A stretch of DNA of 64,000 bases. It comes from Macrostomum lignano (Eukaryota). The position numbers and the translations under genes were made by a program. The notes below the pieces were generated by a model. The model was not told where the DNA came from, searched no databases, and worked only from the letters and a program-made list of their open reading frames with translations. Each line of letters opens with the position of its first letter. Position 1 is the first letter of the stretch. The DNA lies in the NCBI GenBank assembly GCA_002269645.1, contig NIVC01000955.1:186001-250000 (forward strand), written 5' to 3'. Positions 22,459 through 32,900 of this stretch are shown piece after piece.

Positions 22459-23310
22459 AAGAGACATTTGTATAGGCCTGACGCACCAAAAATAAAAACG
22501 GTAGTAGTAGTAGTAGTAGTAAATTTGGCTCAGGCTTAAGGAGCCTGTTATGCCAGTATGATCCGATTTATTTAGTATTTATTCAAAAGGTTAAAATTTA
22601 CACGGTCGCTGAAAACGAGTACTACACGATATTTGTATTGAGTAAGGTATTTGAAAGGGCGTCAAGAATTTTATAATAAAACTTCTAGAATTTTTTAATT
22701 TTCGTTTTTAGGTCAACTTGTTTTAGATTTAAATAAAAAAGTATTTCAGTAAAACTAATAGAGCCATTTAAAGTCGATTGTTTTATAAGAGCACTAGGTA
22801 AACGGAATATAAATAAATAGGGTCTAAAATTAGTTCTTTATCCTTTTTTATCAAGCTTAATAAAACTAGCCAAAATCACAGAAGGCGTTGAGAGTTCCTT
22901 CCACGCAACATCCAACATCAACTACACATGCGCCTCGGCCCTCTACAAAATCACAAACTCCCTACTGAAAATTTAATAGACATCACTGTTTTGCCAGCTT
23001 TAAACCATCAGAGTAGATTTACCAATCCTTGATCTTTTTTAATTGGGCTTACGGATAGTATTTGTAGTTGTACTTGTAGTTGTAGTGTTAATATTTGTGA
23101 CTATTATTAGGTTAGTAGGTCTAGTCTAGGTCCTAGGAATCTAGAATAAGAACTTAAGAAGTAAAGTCGACCTATGTATGGCTTTGGGCCTTTGTGGAAA
23201 TGAAAATGTGGGTATAAAAATATTAACTTTGACCTTGCAAATTATAGGCCTCCATCTCCATGGACCATGTTGATTGATAGGCCTAACTAAAGAACATGGC
23301 ATGTTGATTG

Positions 23311-23752
23311 GGTGATCCTACAGTTTTCCGCTTTTAATTATTTTTTGAAAAATTATGGCACAGCAGGAATAAGAAATGACGATAAACTTATGGCCCTATG
23401 TCGCTGACACATCTTGCAGGCCCAACGCCACTTGCCAGACATCGCTACAGTTAGCAACTTTGTGGCGACATAGGCTCATAGCAATGTTGCAGTTCTTGCA
23501 CTGCAAAGAGTTTCAGTCTTTCAGATTAGCCCATAACGACTGAGCCAGCGCATTGCCGATTGCATGTCTGGTATCAGCAGTACCAGCTCCCGATGACTGA
23601 CATCCAGGGCAGCCAATGCATTGGCACTGGCAGGTTCAATTTCTACAGGTGGGATGACTGTTGTTGGTGCAGATGGATGACTGGCCATTGTGGCTTAGCT
23701 GAAATGCAGAAAAAACCGAAAAATAATTAAAAGCGGAAAACTATAGGATCGC
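23311..23752. mobile_element. ~440-bp MITE with ~35-bp TIRs
   Basis: GG(T/C)GATCCTA(C/T)AGTTTTCCGCTTTTAATTATTTTT at both ends in inverted orientation; GC-richer interior; TSD unclear. Confidence 0.7.
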
Positions 23753-24309
23753 CATTTATTGTTGATTGATAATGATATTCATATTTATTTTATATATTTT
23801 GACCTAGCTAAGTGGCCTCAAAGCTAAAGCCTAATAATTAACATGGGCTGTACTTAAGAATAAGTGAGTAGACATAAATTATTCAGTAGGCCTAGGCCTA
23901 TAGTATTCAACTGATCACTGATGCTAAAATAAGTATGTTGACTAATATTTTAACTATAGAAAATTTGTATGAAACTGATACTATGATAGAATCTTGATCT
24001 TATTTATTTATTTGAAATTTTTACACTATATTTTTTATAGTAGGCCTAGGCTTAGGTTAGGCCTAGTTAAGGCTAAATGACTCATATATAGATCCAGAAA
24101 ATTTTAAATAAGGGATGCAGATGACTTAAAAGTATATGTTTAATGCATATTATATATGTATATAATCATGTGTTGTGTATTTTCCATAAAAGAAAAAATT
24201 CTAATTACATAAAGAGAGACACACACCTTGTGTGCCTTCCCCTAAATCTACCACAAATGAATTGATGATTATATTTTATCTAGCTTAGCAATCAACTCCA
24301 AAGGCAGAA

Positions 24310-24371
24310 CATGCTTAGGCGCAACCTAGGGATTCACCCGGCCGAGTGATTCCCAAGGTTGCGCATGTATG
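24310..24371. mobile_element. 62-bp hairpin mini-element with 8-bp TSD (hAT-type)
   Basis: Direct repeat AGGCAGAA at 24302-24309 and 24372-24379; ends CATGCTTAGGCGCAACCT and AGGTTGCGCATGTATG; interior is a near-perfect stem-loop. Confidence 0.75.
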
Positions 24372-25672
24372 AGGCAGAATATAATATTTTTATAGTATAT
24401 TTTATATTCACAAATTGCCATAAACTTTTCTAGGCTAGTTAGGCCTACCTTTAATTTTAAATTAATATTAGGGCCTAGCCTAGTCTTAAATTATAAAAAA
24501 AGATCAATATAATTATTAGTAAGGTATAGCTTAGCCTTCTCTTTCAAAAATTTCTTAGATCTTTTCTTGTTATCTTATGTTTAATATTCTAATAAAGATA
24601 GAATTTCTAGGTATTTGCAACCTAGAAAAACCTAGAAAACCCTTGAAAGCATTAAAGTAAAGTTAAATCAATGTAAAATAAAAACTTTTGATTAAGTTCA
24701 TGAAAGAACAATAGGTATATTTATTAGACATTATACTCATAACTTAGACTTATATTTTGCTAAACCAATAGAACTCTTTAAATGTTTTAAAGTCATTATA
24801 TTTAGATTTGTAAATCTATGCTTTTGTCATATTGATTGATAATCTTTTTGTATTAAAATCAAACAATTATTTAAAACCTATAAAAATCTAATCTGGAAAT
24901 ATTCTAGATTTAACCTATAAGAATTCTTAAAAGCCCTAAAGATCTAGAAATCAAAAATCTAATTTTTTGGACACCTTAGAATCAAACTAAATCAACCAAA
25001 TATATGGTTTGAATTAAAATAAAAAAGTGAATGATCTAAATACCAAATAATTGCTTTAATGTAAGGCAAAGATTTAGGATAAGTCAGGTTGGATATTAGT
25101 GCTATGGCTCATAAATAGAGAAATAATTAAGGATAGTTGTGTTGTAAGTACAGGTAAAGAGATTGGAGATATAGCAATCAAGCATATTGTGTTAAGATTT
25201 AAGAAAGGTTTATAAAGCATGGAGAATAGAGAAGTTAGTTTGAAAAGTTGGGAGTTTTAGTTGTTGTGAGCTTGTGGCTCATAAATGAAATGAGATAATT
25301 AAGGATAGGACAATATATAACATATCTTAAGGAAAGGTAGGGGTGCTTGAGCAATTATGTATATATTGTGCTTACATTGATTTGATGTGTTATTGCTTTA
25401 GGGAGAAGTGAAACATTAAGAATTGAGTAATGAAAGTCAGTCCACATTTATAATTGCTTTGATAGCAATTTATCTAGAATAAATTTGTTCAACCATAAAT
25501 TAGCACTACTGGCTAATTGTAAGGTAGTGAGGTAGGCGTAATTTTTTACTAGAAATATTTGCGTTTGGTATTTGAATTAAATCAGTTTAAAAATTTCATT
25601 TTATCTTCTCTTCATGTTCTAAATTTATTTTGTAATGCAGTCGAGTCAATGTTTTAGTGCGCATAATTACAG

Positions 25673-26916
25673 CCGCCATCAGTAAACCTGCCCACAACTG
25701 CCAGGAGTCAGGCTTGGCAGGTTACACTAGCCCTGCTCAAGCCAGATGTGTACAGGTTCAAGCCTCTTGTAGCATTTGTTGAGTCTAAATTAGCAGCAGA
25801 GGGCATAGACATTGTCAGTCGGGCTGAAGTTCGTTTCACTCGCCAATTGGCTATGGAATTCTATGCTGAGCACAGGGACAAGTTCTTCTATAATCGACTG
25901 ACTAATTATTTACTGTGTGGCGATACTGGCGTCTATCTGCTTGCTGGCGAGCTTGCTGTGCAACGCTGGCGACACATTATTGGGCCAACTAAGGTTCGAA
26001 GCTTGTTTTTAGAGCAAATCGATTGCCTATTTAAAGTTGGGACAATTCCACTCTGAGAGAACCGTCCCTAATCCCACCCTGAGAGAATCATCCCCAATCC
26101 AACCCTGAGAACCCTCCCTAATCCCACTCTGAGAGAACCCTCCCTAATCCCACTCTGAGAGAATCATCCCTAATCCCACTCTGAGAGAACCCTCCCTAAT
26201 CCCACTCTGAGAGAACCCTCCCTAATCCCACTCTGAGAGAACCGTCCCTAATCCCACTCTGAGAGAATCATCCCTAATCCCACTCTGAGAGAATCATCCC
26301 TAATCCCACTCTGAGAGAATCATCCCTAATCCCACTCTGAGAGAACCCTCCCTAATCCCACTCTGAGAGAACCCTCCCTAATCCCACTCTGAGAGAATCA
26401 TCCCTAATCCCACTCTGAGAGAATCATCCCTAATCCCACTCTGAGAGAATCATCCCTAATCCCACTCTGAGAGAATCATCCCTAATCCCACTCTGAGAGA
26501 ATCATCCCTAATCCCACTCTGAGAGAACCGTCCCTAATCCCACTCTGAGAGAATCATCCCTAATCCCACTCTGAGAGAATCATCCCTAATCCCACTCTGA
26601 GAGAATCATCCCTAATCCCACTCTGAGAGAACCGTCCCTAATCCCACTCTGAGAGAATCATCCCTAATCCCACTCTGAGAGAACCGTCCCTAATCCCTAC
26701 TCTAATCCCTCATTCCCGCAGGTGTATCGCGCCCTAATAGAGCGGCCAGACTGTCTGCGAGCCGCCATTGGCCTGTCGGACACTAGAAACGGTTTCCACG
26801 GCTCGGACTCGGTTGAGACGGCCGCTATTGAGGCGAAATTTTTTAGGACAAAATTTTCATTATCAGATGAATTTCAAATCAATGTTTGTTCAGCTTCGTC
26901 AACCAGGACAGTCTAG
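25673..26916 (+). CDS. NME6: Nucleoside diphosphate kinase 6-like; exons 25673-25993 and 26722-26916; 5' coding exon not located
   Basis: QVTLALLKPD, FYAEHRDKFFYNRL, WRHIIGPTK|VYRA, LSDTRNGFHGSDS (catalytic His) match NME6. Phase-0 intron AAG|GTTCGA...CCCGCAG|GTG. Confidence 0.88.
26050..26700. repeat. 26-bp intronic minisatellite (CCCTAATCCCACTCTGAGAGAA[T/C]C[A/C/G]T), about 25 copies
   Basis: Fills the NME6 intron up to the branch-point region. Confidence 0.97.
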
Positions 26917-27080
26917 AAAATCGGCCAGGAGAGTCTAGAAAATCGCCCCAGACAGTCTGGAAAATCTCCCTAGACAGGTTAGAAAATCGCCCCAGACAGT
27001 TTAGAAAATCTCCCCATACAGTCTAGATAATCGCCCCAAACAGTCTAGAAAATCGCCCCTGACAGTCTGGAAAATCGCTC
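26908..27080. repeat. 22-bp degenerate repeat (GACAGTCTAGAAAATCGCCCCA), about 8 copies
   Basis: The first unit overlaps the NME6 stop codon. Confidence 0.9.
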
Positions 27081-27469
27081 AACCTTACTAGCTTACAAAA
27101 TTAATTACCATTGAAACGCATTTTAATATTTTATTTGTTTTAGAATCTAATTGTCTGCATATATTAGTTCTGGTCCAATTAGATTGATACGGCTCTGTGA
27201 AGTTTCTGAAATGTAAACAATTTGTTTCGTATATATTGCTTGCTTCCTATATAGAGTCTTGTCTGTATACTTTCGTGTTTGTATAATGATTTTGTGCTAT
27301 TATTAAATTTAGTGATATTAATGATTAAATATGTAATATCCAGTGTAACCACCTTTAAGATTGGACAAGGATATATACTCCAAGTATGTGACCCATGAGG
27401 CCGGAGAACTTTTGTAGCATTCTAAAGGCATTGCAAAGGTTCTAAAGGTTCTTGCACACTGAAAGTCAG

Positions 27470-28147
27470 AGGACAGGTTGTAGCACCCTGAAGGTCACAG
27501 AACAGGTTGTTGTAGCACCCTGAAGGTCGCAGAACAGGTTGTTGTAGCACCCTGAAGGTCACAGGACAGGTTGTTGTAGCACCCTGAAGGTCACAGAACA
27601 GGTTGTTGTAGCAACCTGAAGGTCACATGACAGGTTGTTATAGCACCCTGAAGGTCACAGGACAGGTTGTTGTAGCACCCTGAAGGTCGCAGAACAGGTT
27701 GTTGTAGCACCCTGAAGGTCGCAGAACAGGTTGTTGTAGCACCCTGAAGGTCACAGAACAGGTTGTTGTAGCACCCTGAAGGTCACAGAACAGGTTGTTG
27801 TAGCCCTGTTGTACCCCTGAAGGTTACAGGACAGGTTGTTGGAGGTCACAGAACAGGTTGTTGTAGCACCCTGAAGGTCACAGTAGCTCGTACAGGTTGT
27901 TGTAGCACCCTGAAGGTCACAGGACAGGTTGTTGTAGCACCCTGAAGGTCACAGAACAGGTTGTTGTAGCACCCTGTAGGTCACAGAACAGGTTGTTGTA
28001 GCACCCTGAAGGTCACAGGACAGGTTGTTGTAGCACCCTGAAGGTCACAGAACAGGTTGTTGTAGCACCCTGTAGGTCACAGAACAGGTTGTTGTAGCAC
28101 CCTGAAGGTCACAGGACAGGTTGTTGTAGCACCCTGAAGGTCACAGG
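27470..28147. repeat. 32-bp minisatellite (GCACCCTGAAGGTCACAGAACAGGTTGTTGTA), about 21 copies
   Basis: Direct inspection; lies between NME6 and SCOC. Confidence 0.97.
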
Positions 28148-28295
28148 AAAGTTTTTAATAGTACACTTGCGGAATCCTTATCATAATTAGCCGAATTCCA
28201 TAATATTTCTAATTGACTGAAGTACCATCTGTATTTCATGCTATTTGAATCTCATACGCTGAAAAAATCGTTTATTAAAAGAAGAAGAGTACATC

Positions 28296-28673
28296 ATGTC
28301 CGACTCTGCAGCAGCGGCAGCCGCAGCTGCAACAGACACTGAGGAAGATGAAGCTTCGACCATCCGATGGTCGGAGCTGGGAAGCGGCGGCGGTAGCGGA
28401 GGCTGCTGCGATGAAGCGGACGAAGAGGAGAAAGCCCGGTTAGTATCGCAGATACTCGAACTGCAGAACACTTTAGAAGACCTGGGCTCTCGAGTTGACA
28501 GCGTCAAAGAAGAGAATCTCAAACTAAGAAACGAGAACAGAGTCCTTGGCCAGTACATTGAGAACCTGATGGCCGCCAGTTCCGTGTTCAGTGCCGGCAG
28601 TCCCAAGTCCAAACGGGGCCGCGCTTCTGCCGCCGCTCAGCCATCGATTGGAAAGAAGCGGGCGGAGCCATAG
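28296..28673 (+). CDS. SCOC: Short coiled-coil protein (SCOC/UNC-69), single exon, 125 aa
   Basis: [55 protein letters not shown] matches the SCOC coiled coil. Confidence 0.93.
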   Translation: MSDSAAAAAAAATDTEEDEASTIRWSELGSGGGSGGCCDEADEEEKARLVSQILELQNTLEDLGSRVDSVKEENLKLRNENRVLGQYIENLMAASSVFSAGSPKSKRGRASAAAQPSIGKKRAEP

Positions 28674-29604
28674 ATAACTGGATAGTAGCAGATGGACGGG
28701 GACACTTAGATTCATGGTCTATAGATAATATAGAAACTGTGTTGAACTAATTTTATATGAGTTGCATTCTGAGATGCATAAAATTAGCAGATGCGTACTA
28801 ACCGCGGCCAGCTTTGCTTAACTTGCAGGTGCTGACGATAAAGTCAGAGAACAATCAATAATCAAACATATAATCAAGCGCTGTCGCATGATTTCGAGTT
28901 AACAAAAACATTTGAACGTTTGTATTTCAAAACGATTTTTGTGTCCGTTGTCTTGTATTTCACTCACTGATCAGTATTTTTTTACATAAGCTTCTCTTAG
29001 TTAAAGTGGGAATTTTTTTAAGACAAATAACTTTTACATCCCTCATTGTAGTTTCATTCGCTTTATACACCATTTTTTTTCTTGTTGCTAACTATAATCT
29101 GCTATGCATTAGCTTGTATATAAAAACAATATTTTTCATTTATTATCTCCACATTAATAGTTTTGTCTTACCATGGTTAACACCGGTGTAGATTTAATTC
29201 ATTCTAATGCAGTAAAACAATTATATATATCTTGCAATTTAGCCTGTGCAATACTTACAAGCTACTGCAAGTAGGCATAATTAGCTATGCTTTGCTACTT
29301 TGTTAGGCTTCCTTTGTTCGAAATCTTTTTACAGTTTGTTTTAAATTGTTTCTCATGTTTATTATATATTATAAATTTGTTTTAATATTTGTTAAGCTTT
29401 TGTTTATATAAAAATCCTTCGCGTTAGTAAAGACATTATTACTGCCACTCGCAAGTTTTTATCGTTAAAGATCATGATTTAGTATCTAAATATATTAAAT
29501 ACTCTTAATTAATTCGCATCTGACTGACAGCTTCGACGTGCGCTGTTTTTTATAAATATACCAAATTTGACTAGCCTCAGTAATTTCAGCTGTGCATCGC
29601 TTTT

Positions 29605-29780
29605 AAGAATCTCACCTATAGACAGTCTCACCGAGAATCTCGCCTATTGACAGTCTCAACTAGAATCCATATACTAAAAATTCTCACCTATAGACAGGCT
29701 AAACTAGAATATCACGTATAGACAGTCTCAACTAGAATCTCACCTATAGACAGTCTCAACTTGAATCTCACCTGTAGATT
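29605..29780. repeat. ~28-bp degenerate repeat (AGAATCTCACCTATAGACAGTCTCAACT), about 6 copies
   Basis: Direct inspection; just upstream of the DBNL ATG. Confidence 0.85.
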
Positions 29781-29915
29781 TTTTGTCCATAATCAATCCT
29801 TTTCAACTCTTATAATAAAGTTTAGAAAATATTTTGAATTAAATAATTTCTAAATTTATGCTTATTGCTAACACACTTTACAATTGCCAAATTTGAAACA
29901 AAACTGACTGAATAA

Positions 29916-32900
29916 ATGGCAAACCTGAATCTGAACCGACATGGAAACGAAATCAGATCGGCCATTGCCGATGTTGCCGCCCAGGAAGGAAAAATCAATT
30001 GGTAAATTAGTTTGCCTTTTTATAGTTTTCATATAGGATCTGCTTGGGTAAACAGCGAGTAACTATGCTGTATTTTACTCGTCATCTTATTAGTAATTTC
30101 TTATACATGCTTTAACATTTATTTCCTACAGGGTAATCTTTGGCTACGAAGGACAGACCTTCGATTTGAAGGTGGTTGAAACAGGCGGTGAGTGAACCTT
30201 CTTGACAGTTTCTGGCATGTCTCTGTCTTCCCAGATCCTCAGTTGCTGGGCCGGCGTCCCAGAGTGTCAGTTGCTGGGCCAGCCTCCCAGATCCTCAGTT
30301 GCTGGGCCAGCCTCCCAGATCCTCAGTTGCTGGGCCAGCCTCCCAGATCCTCAGTTGCTGGGCCAGCCTCCCAGATCCTCAGTTGCTGGGCCAGCAGTGC
30401 TACTCAAACCTGGAATTCAAACAGCGAATCCGCCCACTACCATCCCCCATAGACGACGGTATCTCCGGCATGGCTGACGAATTCAACGGCAGCAAAGTGC
30501 AGTACGGCTTCGTCCGGGTCAAAGACCCGAACACCAAGTTGAATAAGTTCGTTTTCATCACCTGGCAAGGTGAGGGAGCGCTCGAGAAAGTCAAAGCCAT
30601 GAGCAGCTCTCACACGTACGAGGTGCAGCGGCTCTGTCCGGCGATTCACATGCGCTTGGAGGCTCGCAATGAGGACGATTTGGACGAGAAGGTTTGATGG
30701 GCGGGAATCCCAGATTAAGTGGGTCACTGGTCAGCTGACTAGTCAGGAGAGGGTCAGCTGACTAGTCAGGAGAGGGTCAGCTGACTAGTCAGGAGAGGGT
30801 CAGCTGACTAGTCAGGAGAGGGTCAGCTGACTAGTCAGGAGAGGGTCAGCTGACTAGTCAGGAGAGGGTCAGCTGACTAGTCAGGAAGAGGGTCAGCTGA
30901 CTAGTCAGGAGTGGGTCAGCTGACTAGTCAGGTGAGGGTCAGCTGACTAGTCAGGAGAGGGTCAGCTGACTAGTCAGGAGAGGGTCAGCTGAGAAGTCAG
31001 GAGTGGGTCAGCTGACTAGTCAGGAGAGGGTCAGCTGACTAGTCAGGAGAGGGTCAGCTGACTAGTCAGGAGGGGGTCAGCTGAGAAGTCAGGAGGGGAT
31101 CAGCTGACTAGTCAGGAGAGGGTCAGCTGAGAAGTCAGGAGGGGGTCACTGCAAGCACCCCTTCCAACCTGCAGGACGTGCTGAAGAAGGTGGGTGGCTC
31201 ATCTGGCTCGAACTACGCGGCTGGCGCAGTCAAACAGGGCGCCGAATACTCCGAAGCGGCGGCTATGCGCGACGCCGAAGAGCGTCGCCGACGCGCCGAG
31301 GAGCTTCGCCGTCAGCGCCAGACTGAGGTGCAAAATCTGGCTACTCAGCGACGCGAAGCGCCAATGAAGCCGCAGAAGCCGGCAGCCAGCGTTTATCAGC
31401 GGGTGAACCCGGGCGCAGAGCTGGCCCGTCTGGCCAAGGAGAAGCCGGCGGGCGATGAGGCAGTTGGTCAGCAGCGGATTGGCACGAACTACAAACGAAT
31501 CGATCCTAAAGCTGAGATTGCCAGCCTAACTAAGGATAAAACCGAGGACGTTCCGCAAAGGACTGCCACCAGCTATAAACGAATCGATCCAAAAGCAGAA
31601 ATTGAAAGTCTAACCAAAGACAGCAAAGCCGAAGACGTGGGACCGCAGAAAGTTGGCACCAGTTATAAACGAATCGATCCTAAAGCTGAGATTGCCAGTC
31701 TTACGCGCGGTCACGCGGAGGAGCCGCCTCAGCCAGTAGGCAGCGGCTATAAGCGCGTTGATCCGCGCGCAGAAATCGCAAACCTGACGCGCGATCACGC
31801 GGAGGAGCCGCCTCAGCCAGTAGGCAGCGGCTATAAGCGCGTTGATCCGCGCGCAGAAATCGCAAACCTGACGCGCGGTCACGCGGAGGAGCCACCACAG
31901 CCGGTAGGCAGCAGCTATAAGCGCGTTGATCCGCGCGCAGAAATCGCAAACCTGACGCGCGGTCACGCGGAGGAGCCGCCTCAGCCAGTAGGCAGCGGCT
32001 ATAAGCGCGTTGATCCGCGCGCAGAAATCGCAAACCTGACGCGCGGTCACGCGGAGGAGCCGCCTCAGACAGTAGGCAGTGGCTATAAGCGCGTTGATCC
32101 GCGCGCAGAAATCGCAAACCTGACGCGCGGTCACGCGCAGGAGCCGCCACAGCCGGTTGGCACCAATTATAAGCGCGTTGATCCGCGCGCAGAAATTGAA
32201 AGACAGCAGGCTGAAACTGTACGAGAAGAATCAGAGCCTCAACCAAGCAGCTATCAGCGAGTCGATCCTCGAGCGGAAATTGCCGGTGCTGCCGAGGAAG
32301 ACACAAGACGGCAGCCTGAATCGCAGCCCGTTCCTCCGCAGCTGCCCCCACCGAGGCGCCAGGAGCTTCCTGCTCCGCAGCAGCAGCCTGAACCGCAGCA
32401 GCAGCCTGAGCCGCAGGAAGACTGGGAGGAGGAGATCTACGCTGAGGCTGACGAACCCGAGATGCCGTCTGCCGAGCCTCCGGTGCCCGAGGTGGTGCCG
32501 CCGATGCCAGCGCCTGCGCAGGAGCCAACGGAGACTGCCATCGATGAGGATGATGATGAAGCAATCTATGCTAACACAGACATAGTGCAGTACCGGACCG
32601 CTGTGGCTTTGTACGAGTACATTGCCGGTGAGTCAAAAAATCGTCGTCAGTCATAAGAATCTCCCATAGACAGTCACAAGAATCGCCCGTAAACAGTTGT
32701 AAGAATCGCCTATGGACAGTCATAAGAATCTCCCATAGACAGCAAAAAATCGCCCATAGACAGTTATAAGAATCGCCTATGGACAGTCAAAAGAATCTCC
32801 CATAGACAGTCATAAGAATCTCCCATAGACAGTCATAAAAATCTCCCATAGACAGTCAAAAGAATCTCCCATAGACAGTTACAATAATCGCCTATGGACA

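Noticed and set aside
22500-22556. (TAG)6 next to a CAGGCT/AGCCTG hairpin, possibly a LINE 3' tail on the minus strand
   Set aside because: Too short, with no upstream coding remnant to support it.
26050-26700. CCCTAA telomere-like hexamer
   Set aside because: Only one hexamer per 26-bp unit; not a telomeric tract.
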